Notes under the pieces: model-generated | Seen by the model: only the letters and a program-made list of their open reading frames with translations | What the model was told of the DNA's origin: nothing | Database searches by the model: none | From: an uncultured Chloroflexia bacterium | GTDB taxonomy: Bacteria; Chloroflexota; Limnocylindria; Limnocylindrales; CSP1-4 | Direction: 5' to 3' | Assembly: GCA_963707215.1 (NCBI GenBank) | Contig: CAVPPB010000001.1 | Span: forward strand, 736,001 to 800,000 | Length of the DNA stretch: 64,000 nucleotides | Shown here: piece after piece, positions 8,763-17,936 of the stretch | How positions within the stretch are numbered: position 1 is the stretch's first letter | Layout of the letters: the number at the start of each line of letters is the position of its first letter | Translations under genes and position numbers: made by a program

Positions 8763-10709
8763 CTACGCCTCGGCGATGACGCCGATCGAGACCTTGAAGC
8801 CGGCCCGCCGCTGGAGCGTCGGCATGAGGGTGCCCTGGCCGACCGGGGTATCACCGGGGAACCAGCGGATCCACTCCCCGTTGAAGTCCTCGAACTCACC
8901 GGGGTCACGGAGCGACCAGGACGCCCAGACGACCTTGTCGAGCGAGCTGCCCTCGGCCTCGAGCTTGGCCTTGAGGTTCCGCATGCACTGGGCGGCGTGC
9001 TCCTTGATGCCGCCGTTGATGACCCGGCCGGTGTCGGGGTCGACCGGGCCCATCGAAGTGACGTAGATCATCCCGCCGGCCTTGACCGCCTTGCCATGGC
9101 CCACCACGAGCCGGGCCACCTCGGGCGGGGGCGGCGCCTCGCCGGTGATCCAGCGGCTCTTGCCGGCCGGGGTGGGGTTCTTCGGATCCTCGGGCGGGAT
9201 GCCGAACTCGCCGGGCGGCAGCTGGATGCCCCGCTGCGTGAAGCGCGGCATGAAGGTCGGCCGGGCGCCCGTCGGCACGAGGTCGCCCTGGACCTTGCCA
9301 TCGACGAACCCCGTCTGCTGGTACTCGAAGATGTCCTGCATGAGGATCTCGTCGTCCTCGATCCCGTAGACCTCGGTGATGTTGACGATCTTGCGGGAGC
9401 CGTCCTTCAGGCGAGCGGTGTGGACGATGAGGTCGACGGCGGCCGCGATCTGCTCGCGGATGGAGCGGAGCGGCAGGTCCACGCCGGCCATCAGGACCAT
9501 CGTCTCGAGGCGGCGGAGCATGTCGGCCGGGGTGTTGGCGTGGCCGGTCGAGAGCGAGCCCTCCTGGCCGACGGTCATCGCCTGGAGCATGTCCAGCGCC
9601 TCGCCCGCGCGACACTCGCCGACGATGATCCGGTCGGGCCGCATGTGGAGCGAGTTCCGCAAGAGGTCGCGGATGGTGATCTCGCCGAGTCCCTCCAGGT
9701 TCGGTGGACGGGCCTCGAGGGTCACGACGTGCTCCTGGTCGAGCTGGAGCTCGGCGGCGTCCTCGATCGTGATGATCCGCTCCTCCTCGGGGATGAACGA
9801 CGAGATCACGTTCAGGGTCGTCGTCTTGCCGGAGCCGGTGCCACCGGAGACGAAGACGTTGAGCTTCGCCTCGACGCAGGCCCGCAGGAGATCGAACATC
9901 TCCTCGGTCGCCGTCCCGAAGCCGACGAGGTCCTCGACGGTGTACGGGGTGGCCGAGAACTTCCGGATCGTGATGACCGGGCCGACGAGCGACAGGGGCG
10001 GGATGATCGCGTTGACCCGCGAGCCGTCGGGAAGCCGGGCATCCACCCGCGGGCTCGACATGTCGATGCGGCGGCCGATCGGGGTCACGATCCGGTCGAT
10101 GATCCGCAGGACGTGCTCGTCGTTGAGGAAGCTCCGGGGGACCCGCTCGATCTTGCCCTTGCGCTCGATGTAGATCTGGTCGGGGCCGTTGACCATGACC
10201 TCGGTGATCGTCTCGTCGGCGAGGAGCGGCTCGATGGGCCCGAGCCCGCCGATCTCCCCGACCAGGTCCTGGACGAGGCGGCGTCGCTCGTCGCCGGTGA
10301 TGGCGAAGCCGTTCTCGCGGACCAGCCGGTCGACGATGCCCTCCATGCCGGTCTGGACGTCGGCCGCGTCGGCACCCAGCAGCGAAGTGGCGGCGCGGCC
10401 GATCTCCTCCTGCAGCCGCATGCGGATCGAGCGCATGAGCTCTTCCCGGGCGACCGCCTGGGCAGAGGCCCGGGCCGACGGCGGTGCCGATGGGGGTGCG
10501 GTCGGCCGAGCGACCGGGACCGGCTTCGTCGCCGTGGCGGTACTCGAGGGAAGCGTCGGCTCGTCGGGGCTCTCGACGACGGTCGCGGCCGGCTCGTCGG
10601 CAGGAGGAGCGGCCGGCGCCGCCGGCTCCTGGCCGTCCGACTCTTCGAGGCCGGCCTCCCGGGCCGCGGCTTTGCGCTGGGCCGCTTCGACCCGCTTCAG
10701 CAGGGACAT
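8763..10709 (-). CDS. cpaF: CpaF/TadA-family secretion ATPase fused to a C-terminal RidA/YjgF-like domain
   Basis: EVMVNG, DARLPDGSRVNA, Walker A SGGTGSGKTT, TIEDAAEL, MRPDRIIVGECR, STGHAN; C-terminal AVKAGGMIYVTSMGPVDP..QCMRNLKAKLEAEGSSLDKVV..FNGEW..FP (Rid fold); start MSLLKR at 10709. Confidence 0.88.
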   Translation of the reverse strand: MSLLKRVEAAQRKAAAREAGLEESDGQEPAAPAAPPADEPAATVVESPDEPTLPSSTATATKPVPVARPTAPPSAPPSARASAQAVAREELMRSIRMRLQEEIGRAATSLLGADAADVQTGMEGIVDRLVRENGFAITGDERRRLVQDLVGEIGGLGPIEPLLADETITEVMVNGPDQIYIERKGKIERVPRSFLNDEHVLRIIDRIVTPIGRRIDMSSPRVDARLPDGSRVNAIIPPLSLVGPVITIRKFSATPYTVEDLVGFGTATEEMFDLLRACVEAKLNVFVSGGTGSGKTTTLNVISSFIPEEERIITIEDAAELQLDQEHVVTLEARPPNLEGLGEITIRDLLRNSLHMRPDRIIVGECRAGEALDMLQAMTVGQEGSLSTGHANTPADMLRRLETMVLMAGVDLPLRSIREQIAAAVDLIVHTARLKDGSRKIVNITEVYGIEDDEILMQDIFEYQQTGFVDGKVQGDLVPTGARPTFMPRFTQRGIQLPPGEFGIPPEDPKNPTPAGKSRWITGEAPPPPEVARLVVGHGKAVKAGGMIYVTSMGPVDPDTGRVINGGIKEHAAQCMRNLKAKLEAEGSSLDKVVWASWSLRDPGEFEDFNGEWIRWFPGDTPVGQGTLMPTLQRRAGFKVSIGVIAEA

Positions 10710-11035
10710 GTGCTTCGTTGTTCCCCCGAACATTCGGCATGCGTCAAGGGACGGTGACGCTCCGAGATCCGGCGACGCCTGGTCCCGGCCGTCGGCCACC
10801 GAGCCTGAGGAGACGATACCCCGGTGTCGCCCGGCGTGCGAACGACGACCCGGTAGCCGGTGTGGCTTCGACGCACCACCCAGCCTCCGGGAGGTGGGCT
10901 CCGTGGGCCACGACCCGGAGGTCCCGGCCCGGTAGGGCCCGGTCGTCGGGGGTCGGATGTCGGGGGTCGATGCCGTGGTCGACACCTGGCCGCTCGGCGG
11001 GGCATAGCTGGCCGGAGGCGATCTGGCCCTGTCAT

Positions 11036-11057
11036 TCGACTCTGGGCATACGCGCAT
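11036..11057 (+). repeat. Dispersed 22-bp motif, copy 1 (TCGACTCTGGGCATACGCGCAT)
   Basis: Near-identical copies at 29067, 49473 (minus strand) and 51631. Confidence 0.8.
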
Positions 11058-11087
11058 CGGCGGGGGCGGGGGCGGCGACCGGCTGCG

Positions 11088-11150
11088 GCGTCCGGCGGCG
11101 GCGTCCGGCGGCGTCCGGCGGCGTCCGGCGGCGTCCGGCGGCGTCCGGCG
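11088..11150. repeat. Tandem 10-bp repeat GCGTCCGGCG (5 perfect units plus one offset unit)
   Basis: Read directly from the sequence. Confidence 0.95.
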
Positions 11151-11309
11151 GGAACCATGCGCCCTATGGCTCTTGGCGCCGGGCGCATGCATAGAGGACG
11201 CTCTCCGCTGCGGGAGGCTGCGACGCGCGGCCCGACCATCGGCCGCCGGGACCGCGCTGAGCCACTGGCGGGAACGATTCGCGGCAGGCGTCCCGGGGAG
11301 GACCACTCG

Positions 11310-12332
11310 ATGCGCCGCATCACCAAGCTCTCCCTCGTCGCCGGCGGGGCCGCAGCTGCTGTCGCCGGCGGGGCGCTCGTCTGTGGCCGGCTCAGGAGCA
11401 GATCGACGCTCGCTGGGCCCGCTCGCGGCATCTTCGCGAACGGGATGGCCTATCTCCGGTGGGGCACCGGCCCGAAAACGATGTTGTGGATCCCGGGTGG
11501 ACCCGGGAACACGGTCCCCATCGGTGGGCTGGCACTCCGGATGAGCCGGTCCTGGTCCCGGCCGTTCGTCAAGGAGGGCTTCACCGTCTGGTGGGTGACC
11601 AGGAAGCAGAACATGCCCAGGGGGCACTCCTACGCGGACATGGCCGACGACTACGGCCGCCTCATCGCCGACGAGCTCGGCGGGAAGGTCGACCTCGTGC
11701 TCGGCATGTCCACGGGCGGGCAGATCGGCTTCTACGTCGCCGCTCGCCACCCCGGCCGCTTCGGGCACATCGCCATCGCGGCCGCCGGCTACGAGGACAG
11801 CGAGCGGGCCAAGGCCATGCTCCTCCCCTCTGCCAGGCTGCTGAGCGAGGGCAGGATCGGCGAGGCGATGACGCTGATGCTCGAGGACATGTACCCGACC
11901 TGGCCGCGCGCGGTCGTCCGGGTCCTCGGCGCGCTGATGGGGCGGTCGATGTACGGGACGACCCACCCGTACTTCGCGAACGACGTGATCGTCGAGGCCG
12001 AGGCGGAGCTGGCCTGCGACGCGCGGGACGTCCTCTCCGCGATCCCGGTGCCGGTGCTGCTCATGTGCGGTGACCAGGACCCGTACTTCCCGAGGGAGGT
12101 CTACGAGGAGACCGCCCGGCTCATCCCCGATTGCACGCTCAGGATGTACGAGGGGAAGGGGCACGAGGGGTTGCTCTCGGACCCGCGACTCCTCAAGGAC
12201 GTCCGCGACTTCGTTCGGCAGCGGCCGGTGCCTCGCTCCGATGGCGACGCCGACCGGCCGAAGGTCTCCGATCCGCCTGCGGCCACCGCTGAGCCAGCGC
12301 TCGAGGTCGCGCCGGAGGGCGCCGCGGGCTGA
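11310..12332 (+). CDS. Alpha/beta-fold hydrolase
   Basis: Nucleophile elbow LGMSTGG, CGDQDP acid, YEGKGH His; GGAGGA RBS. Confidence 0.88.
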   Translation: MRRITKLSLVAGGAAAAVAGGALVCGRLRSRSTLAGPARGIFANGMAYLRWGTGPKTMLWIPGGPGNTVPIGGLALRMSRSWSRPFVKEGFTVWWVTRKQNMPRGHSYADMADDYGRLIADELGGKVDLVLGMSTGGQIGFYVAARHPGRFGHIAIAAAGYEDSERAKAMLLPSARLLSEGRIGEAMTLMLEDMYPTWPRAVVRVLGALMGRSMYGTTHPYFANDVIVEAEAELACDARDVLSAIPVPVLLMCGDQDPYFPREVYEETARLIPDCTLRMYEGKGHEGLLSDPRLLKDVRDFVRQRPVPRSDGDADRPKVSDPPAATAEPALEVAPEGAAG

Positions 12333-12426
12333 CGTCGGGGGCGGTTCGCCTCTTCCGCACGCCGCACCGGGGGCACCATGGTTGGACCGACCCAGGGGTC
12401 CGTTCGACGAAGCGGAGGTGCGGGAG

Positions 12427-12951
12427 ATGCAGGATGCCGATCTGTTCATGGAGCTCGCCGCGATCGCCGGCGTCTTCGTCGGGTTCGGGGCGCTCATCGC
12501 CGTGCGGAGCGGTGGCGCGAGCGACACCTTCGAGGTCGCCTACATGCGCGGCGTCGTTTCGGCAGGGCTGCTGACGATCGTGGCGGCCCTGGCCCCGGTG
12601 GCCCTCGGGCGCTACACCCTCACGGACCACGAGGTCTGGGTGGCGAGCAGCGCCGTGGTCCTCGTGGGTCTGGCCGCGGTGATCGCCATCAACATGCTGA
12701 CGCCCGAATACTGGGAAGACGCCACTGGCCGGGTGCGGACGACGTTCCCGCGGTGGCTGATCGCCACCGTCATGGTGGTCGTCGGGCTACTGCTGCTGGC
12801 GATCATCCTCCCCCCCATCGTCATCATCCTTGGCCTGGCGCCCGAGCTCGAGGCGGCACTCTACTTCACGGCCGTCGTCCTGACCCTGCTCTGGGCCGCG
12901 TGGCTCCTCTTGCAGATGGTCTTCCGCCGACACCGTCCCGCGGCCGCCTAG
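12427..12951 (+). CDS. Hypothetical multi-TM membrane protein, paralog 1 of 3
   Basis: LAAIAGVFVGFGALIAVR..HEVW..SSA..PELEAALY shared with the next two genes. Confidence 0.85.
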   Translation: MQDADLFMELAAIAGVFVGFGALIAVRSGGASDTFEVAYMRGVVSAGLLTIVAALAPVALGRYTLTDHEVWVASSAVVLVGLAAVIAINMLTPEYWEDATGRVRTTFPRWLIATVMVVVGLLLLAIILPPIVIILGLAPELEAALYFTAVVLTLLWAAWLLLQMVFRRHRPAAA

Positions 12952-12979
12952 GACAGGGCCGTAGCCGGCACGACGGCAA

Positions 12980-13004
12980 GCTTCGCGACCTCCGCATCTG
13001 GTCG
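12980..13004 (+). repeat. Conserved intergenic block GCTTCGCGACCTCCGCATCTGGTCG (second copy 13622-13646)
   Basis: Identical 25 bp upstream of paralogs 2 and 3, each followed by CCGACACTC and TGCGGGAGG. Confidence 0.85.
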
Positions 13005-13066
13005 GGGAGTACCTGCCGCCCGACACTCCCGCCGTGGATGGCGTCCCGATGCGGGAGGTACGGGCC

Positions 13067-13597
13067 ATGCAGGATGCCGATCTGTTCCTGGAGATCGCCG
13101 CGATCGCCGGCGTCTTCGTCGGCTTCGGGGCGCTCATCGCGGTGCGGGGCGGGGGCGCGAGCGGCGCGTTCGAGGTCGGGTTCATGCGCAGCGTGGTGAG
13201 CTTCGGGGCGTTGACGATCGTGGCGGCGCTCGCCCCGGTGACGCTCGCCCGCTACGACCTGACCGAGCATGAGGTCTGGGCGCTGAGCAGCGCCATCATC
13301 CTCCTCGGCTGGGTCATCTTCCTCGCCGCCAGCGCCCGGACCCCGGAGTACCGGGCGAACTGGGCGGCGGAGCTTGATGCGCGGCGGACGGGGTCTCGGT
13401 GGCGCACGGGGGCGTACTGGGTGGTCTACGCTGCCGTCGTCAGCCCGATGTTCCTCCTCCCGGTCGTCATCGTGCTGGGCCTTGCGCCCGAGCTCGAGGC
13501 GGCCCTCTACTTCACGAACGTCGTCCTCATCCTGGTCGTGGCCACGACGACGCTCCTTGGGCTGGTCTACGGGCAGCACCGCCCCCAGGCGACCTGA
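13067..13597 (+). CDS. Hypothetical multi-TM membrane protein, paralog 2 of 3
   Basis: MQDADLFLEIAAIAGVFVGFGALIAVR; GGAGG RBS. Confidence 0.85.
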   Translation: MQDADLFLEIAAIAGVFVGFGALIAVRGGGASGAFEVGFMRSVVSFGALTIVAALAPVTLARYDLTEHEVWALSSAIILLGWVIFLAASARTPEYRANWAAELDARRTGSRWRTGAYWVVYAAVVSPMFLLPVVIVLGLAPELEAALYFTNVVLILVVATTTLLGLVYGQHRPQAT

Positions 13598-13710
13598 GAC
13601 CCGCCGCCTGCCACGGCGGCCGCTTCGCGACCTCCGCATCTGGTCGAGCGATCCCCGACCGGCCGACACTCGCGCCCGTCAGATCCAGCACGGGTGCGGG
13701 AGGTGCGGCC

Positions 13711-14247
13711 ATGGCGGACACCGAGATGTTGATCCCCCTGGCGGAGATCGCCGGCGTGTTCGTCGGCTTCGGGGCGCTCATCGCCCTGCGGAGCGGCGGG
13801 CCGACCGAGCCTCGGGAGGTCGCGCCGATGCGCGCCGTAGTGTCGATCGGGATGCTTACGGTCGCGGTGGCCCTCGCCCCCGGGGTCCTCGGCCGCTTCG
13901 ACCTCTCCGAGCACGAGGTCTGGGCGCTGAGCAGCGCCGTGACCCTCATCGGCTGGAACCTCGTGTTCGTGGCCATGGCCCGGACGCCCGAGTACCGGGC
14001 GAGCTGGGCGTCCGAGCTCGCGGACCAGCGGGCGGGGGCACGCGCGCGGTGGGTCGTGCTGCCCGAGTGGGTGGCCTACGTGCTCCTCATGGCCCTGCTG
14101 ACGATCGCCCCGATCATCATCATCGTGGGCGTGGTACCGGAGCTCGAGGCAGCGCTCTACTACGCGCTGGTCGTACTGCTCCTGCTGGCGGCTGGGTGGA
14201 CCCTGCTCAGCCTGGTCTACGCGCAGCGACGCCCCGCGGTCGCCTGA
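13711..14247 (+). CDS. Hypothetical multi-TM membrane protein, paralog 3 of 3
   Basis: LAEIAGVFVGFGALIALR..HEVWALSSA..RTPEYRA..PELEAALYY; GGAGG RBS. Confidence 0.85.
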   Translation: MADTEMLIPLAEIAGVFVGFGALIALRSGGPTEPREVAPMRAVVSIGMLTVAVALAPGVLGRFDLSEHEVWALSSAVTLIGWNLVFVAMARTPEYRASWASELADQRAGARARWVVLPEWVAYVLLMALLTIAPIIIIVGVVPELEAALYYALVVLLLLAAGWTLLSLVYAQRRPAVA

Positions 14248-14269
14248 GGGACGGCCAGCCCGCCCGACC

Positions 14270-15058
14270 CTAGCGCGGCGGCATCGCCTTGAACGTCCGC
14301 TCGATGTCGTCGAGGTTGCGGATCGTCGCCTCCGTCACGACCTGCAGATAGCGCTCGCCGAACTCTGCGCTCGACTCGCGGGCGTCGCCCCAGGTCCCCG
14401 AGACCGTCGCCCGGTGGACCGAGCCAGGGTTCGAGAAGAAGAAGGCCGTGTGGACCGCGGGCGGGCTGGCGACGTCGGGGAACGGCGGGAACTCGACGTT
14501 GGCGAGCTCCATGTCGACGAGGTCCGGGTCGATGGCCAGGACCGCCGAGGTCTCGCCCTTGTTGGCGTGGAGGCCGTTGGCCGGATCGAAGAACTCGGCG
14601 GCCTGCTCCGGGGTCATGCCGTCCCAGTAGTTGACCGGGAAGGCGTGGGTGCCGGGCGGCAGCCGGTCGGCCACGGCCGCGCAGGCGTAGGCGGTGGCGT
14701 AGGTGTTGTCGTAGTGGCCGTTGAGGAAGACGATCCGCCGGAAGCCCATCGTCGCGAACCCGACGCAGAGGTCCTCGATGAGGGCCATGAAGGTCGATAT
14801 ACGGACGTGGAGGACGCCGGTGAAGCCGGCGTGCGGGTACGAGAGGGCGTAGCTGACCGGCGGCGCCACGACCGCCCCGACCTGTGGCGCGATCCGCCGG
14901 GCGACCTCGACCGGGATGACGACGTCGCTCGCCAGCGGCGCGTGCGGGCCGTGCTGCTCGGTCGAGCCGATCGGCACGATGACCGTGTCGTGCTCGGCCA
15001 GGAACGCCCGGACCTCCGGGTCGGTCATCTCCCCAAGGAACACCGTCGGTGGCTTCAT
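14270..15058 (-). CDS. Creatininase-family amidohydrolase
   Basis: PIGSTEQHGPH..D, FLNGH.DN, HA..GETS metal motifs. Confidence 0.9.
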   Translation of the reverse strand: MKPPTVFLGEMTDPEVRAFLAEHDTVIVPIGSTEQHGPHAPLASDVVIPVEVARRIAPQVGAVVAPPVSYALSYPHAGFTGVLHVRISTFMALIEDLCVGFATMGFRRIVFLNGHYDNTYATAYACAAVADRLPPGTHAFPVNYWDGMTPEQAAEFFDPANGLHANKGETSAVLAIDPDLVDMELANVEFPPFPDVASPPAVHTAFFFSNPGSVHRATVSGTWGDARESSAEFGERYLQVVTEATIRNLDDIERTFKAMPPR

Positions 15059-15092
15059 CGGGACCGCGCCCTCCTATTGTCGATCGATCGTG

Positions 15093-15941
15093 TCAGGCGA
15101 TGATGGTGGTCAGCTCACCGATCCCCTCGACCCAGGCCGTGACCGTGTCCCCGGGCTCGAGGTGCCGGTCCGGGCCCGGCGGGACCACGAGCCGGGCCGG
15201 CGTGCCGGTGGCGATCAGGTCGCCCGGCCGGAGCGTCAGGTGGCGGCTGAGGAACGAGACGATCTCGGCGATCGAGAAGCGCATGCTCGAGGTCCGGTCG
15301 TCCTGGATGGCGGCACCGCCGATGGCACAGGCCAGCCGCAGGTCCCGCGGGTCCAGGGCGTCGGCCGTGACGACCCACGGGCCGACCGGGCAGAAGCCGG
15401 GCATCGACTTGCCGATCAGCCACTGGTCGCCGTCGAGCCAGGGATCCCGCGACGAGACGTCGTTCATGATCGTGTAGCCGAAGACGTGGTCCATCGCCGT
15501 CGCGGGCGTCACGCCGGACGCCGTGGCCCCGATGACCACCCCCAGCTCCACCTCCGGATCCACGTTGGAAGTCAGGTCCCGGTCCCAGGCCAGGGTCCCG
15601 CGGTGGGCTCCGACGGACGACGGCGCCTTGCCGTAGATGAGCGGTCGCTCCGGGACCTCCTCGGCCGATCCACCCGGGGTCCGGTAGTTGCGCCCGACGG
15701 TGTAGATGGCCCCTGGATCCGGCACCGCCGGGCCAAGCTCGACCTCGTCGAGGAGCCGGTAGGACTCGGCCGGCTCCAGGTCGGCCCACGCCTGGATGCG
15801 GGCCAGCCCGTCCCTGCCGGCGCCGGCGATGCCCCGGACCGACGACAGCCACGGCTCGCCGAGCCGCAATGGCAGAGCGAGCCCGTCGCCCACCAGCGCC
15901 GCGATCGGCTGCCCGTCCTCGACGATCGTCGCGAAGCGCAT
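15093..15941 (-). CDS. Fumarylacetoacetate hydrolase family protein
   Basis: VGRNY, DPEVELGVVIG, GYTIMNDVSSRD, GKS, PGDLIATGTP. Confidence 0.92.
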   Translation of the reverse strand: MRFATIVEDGQPIAALVGDGLALPLRLGEPWLSSVRGIAGAGRDGLARIQAWADLEPAESYRLLDEVELGPAVPDPGAIYTVGRNYRTPGGSAEEVPERPLIYGKAPSSVGAHRGTLAWDRDLTSNVDPEVELGVVIGATASGVTPATAMDHVFGYTIMNDVSSRDPWLDGDQWLIGKSMPGFCPVGPWVVTADALDPRDLRLACAIGGAAIQDDRTSSMRFSIAEIVSFLSRHLTLRPGDLIATGTPARLVVPPGPDRHLEPGDTVTAWVEGIGELTTIIA

Positions 15942-15944
15942 CCC

Positions 15945-16802
15945 TCATGCTCCCTTCCCCGGCTCCGCCAGCAACGGCGCCACTGCCTCGCGCATGACGC
16001 CCTCCATGCCACCGATCCCGGTCCAGCGCCGGAAGGCGATCGCCGCCTGGGCGATGAGCATCTCCGAGCCGTTGGCCGCCCGCAGCCCGCGGGCCCGGGC
16101 GGAGGCCAGCAGCGGCGTCTCCGGCGGGACGTAGACCAGGTCGAAGACCGTCGTCCGGGCCGGGAGCAGCTCCACGTCGATCGTCGCGCCGGGATCGACC
16201 ATGCCGACGGTCGTCGCGTTGACCGCCAGGTCCGCCGAGCGGAGCGCCTCGGCGAAGGCAGGGGCGTCGAGGGCGACGGCGGCGGTCGTGCCGGTCCCGA
16301 TCCCGGCGAAGCGGTCGGCCAGGGCCTCGGCCGCCGGCGCGGTCCGGTTGCCGATCGTGACCCGGCGAGCGCCGGCTGCCAGGCAGGCGAAGACGACGGC
16401 ATGGGCGGCCCCACCGGCCCCGGCCACGACGACGTCGGCGCCCTCGAGAGCACGGCCCATCGCGAGCTCGACCCCGGCCCGGAACCCGGGGGCGTCACTG
16501 TTGAAGCCGACCAGGCGGCCGTGGTCGGTCCGGACGACGTTGTTGACCGCCCCGATCGTCGCCGCCTCCGGCTCCACCTCGTCGACGAGATCGGCGACGA
16601 CGCGCTTGTACGGCGCCGTCACCCCGAGCCCCAGCCAGTCGGGCCCTCGCGCCGCGGCGACCGCGGCCTCGACTTCGGCGGGATCGAGCTCCATGAGCAC
16701 GTAGCGGGCATCGATGCCGGCCGCGTCGAAGGCGGCGTCGTGCATGACCTGCGAATGCCGGCGGCGGAGCGGCTTGCCCAGGAGCGCGACGCGGCGGGTC
16801 AC
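15945..16802 (-). CDS. aroE: Shikimate/quinate dehydrogenase family
   Basis: LLGKPL..HS..MH, VTAPYK, GAVNN, GFNSD, GAGGAA, NATTVGM, DLVYVP.ET, MLIAQA; GTG start overlaps the upstream stop (GTGA). Confidence 0.85.
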   Translation of the reverse strand: MTRRVALLGKPLRRRHSQVMHDAAFDAAGIDARYVLMELDPAEVEAAVAAARGPDWLGLGVTAPYKRVVADLVDEVEPEAATIGAVNNVVRTDHGRLVGFNSDAPGFRAGVELAMGRALEGADVVVAGAGGAAHAVVFACLAAGARRVTIGNRTAPAAEALADRFAGIGTGTTAAVALDAPAFAEALRSADLAVNATTVGMVDPGATIDVELLPARTTVFDLVYVPPETPLLASARARGLRAANGSEMLIAQAAIAFRRWTGIGGMEGVMREAVAPLLAEPGKGA

Positions 16803-17854
16803 CGGGCGGTCGACGCCCATGGAGTCGGCGGCCGGCGGACCGGCCCGGCCGTCACAGGGAACCGCACGTTCGGGATGATCCGCTCGACCCAGTCGTCGAG
16901 CTGGCGCGGGTCGGGGGTCATCGTGTGGAGCATGAAGTACTCGACCCCGGCGTCGACCCGGCGCTGGAGCGACTCGATGATCTCGTCGGGCGTCCCGAAG
17001 AGGTAGACCGACTCGAGGTACTGGGGGCCGCGCTCGCCGCTCATGACCTCGAGGAACGCGCGATGCTGCTCCTCGCGGGCCTTGGCCGGGTCGTCGGTGA
17101 GCACGAGGTGGAGGAAGTTCTCGTGGGCGACGAGGACGTCGCGCGGGTCGCGCCCACCCTCGCGGAAGAACGCCTGCAGCTCGGTCCAGTCGCGGGCGAT
17201 GTCCGGCGGCGGGCAGGTGGGCCGGGGGATCCAGCCGTCGGCCCGGAACGTGCGCGCCTTCACGCTCTCCACGAACTTCGGCACGTCGGGCGACTTCGGG
17301 TCGGCCAGCTGCGAGCCGCCGCCGACCCAGAACAGCGGCCGCTGGGCCGTCCGGGGCTCGATGAAGACGTCGTCGACCGAGTAGAAGCGCCCGTGGTAGG
17401 TGACGGTCTCGCCCTCGAGAAGCGGCATCATGATGTCGAGCATCTCGTCGGTCCGCTTGCCGCGCTCCGACTTGTGGACGCCGACCGCCTCGTACTCGGC
17501 GTCGTTCCAGCCCACCCCGGCCCCCAGGACGACCCGGTCGTTCGAGAGGAACTGCAGGGTCGCGAGCTCCTTGGCCAGGACCACCGGGTTGCGCAGCGGC
17601 ATGATGAGGATCGAGGTGCCCAGGCGGACCCGCTCGGTCGCCCCGGCCGCCACGGCCAGGGCCATCAGCGGCTCCAGCCAGTTGACCGAGTAGAAGCGAC
17701 GGGCCGCCAGGAGGTGGTCGGTGATGAAGAGCGAGTCGAAGCCGAGCTCCTCGACCCGCCGAGCGAACGCCTTGATCCCGTTGGCGCGCTCGGGCCCGTC
17801 GCCCTCCCAGATGTACGAGGGCAGGAAGACCCCGAACCGTCCGACGTCGCTCAT
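16799..17854 (-). CDS. LLM-class flavin/F420-dependent oxidoreductase
   Basis: GFDSLFITDH, TERVRLGTSIL, RNPVVLAKELATL, GAGVGW. Confidence 0.9.
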   Translation of the reverse strand: MSDVGRFGVFLPSYIWEGDGPERANGIKAFARRVEELGFDSLFITDHLLAARRFYSVNWLEPLMALAVAAGATERVRLGTSILIMPLRNPVVLAKELATLQFLSNDRVVLGAGVGWNDAEYEAVGVHKSERGKRTDEMLDIMMPLLEGETVTYHGRFYSVDDVFIEPRTAQRPLFWVGGGSQLADPKSPDVPKFVESVKARTFRADGWIPRPTCPPPDIARDWTELQAFFREGGRDPRDVLVAHENFLHLVLTDDPAKAREEQHRAFLEVMSGERGPQYLESVYLFGTPDEIIESLQRRVDAGVEYFMLHTMTPDPRQLDDWVERIIPNVRFPVTAGPVRRPPTPWASTAR

Positions 17855-17936
17855 GGGGCAGTCTCCTCCGTGGGGGTGCGGGCGGGCGGACGCTCGCCGG
17901 CCGCCGTGGGTCGGGCATGTGTGGGGTTCGACGCTG

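Noticed and set aside
11088-11150. Tandem repeats here and at 29141-29222, 51742-51805, 56553-56645 and 61647-61700 as possible CRISPR arrays
   Set aside because: Units are head-to-tail with no unique spacers, and there are no cas genes; the Cas4-like nuclease is part of the UvrD fusion.
10710-12527. 600-aa N-terminal extension of CpaF in the ORF track
   Set aside because: Overlaps the real + strand hydrolase and repeat DNA; the true start is MSLLKR at 10709.
14270-15058. Mycofactocin peptidase MftE
   Set aside because: No mftA-D or radical SAM genes nearby; a generic creatininase-family call is safer.
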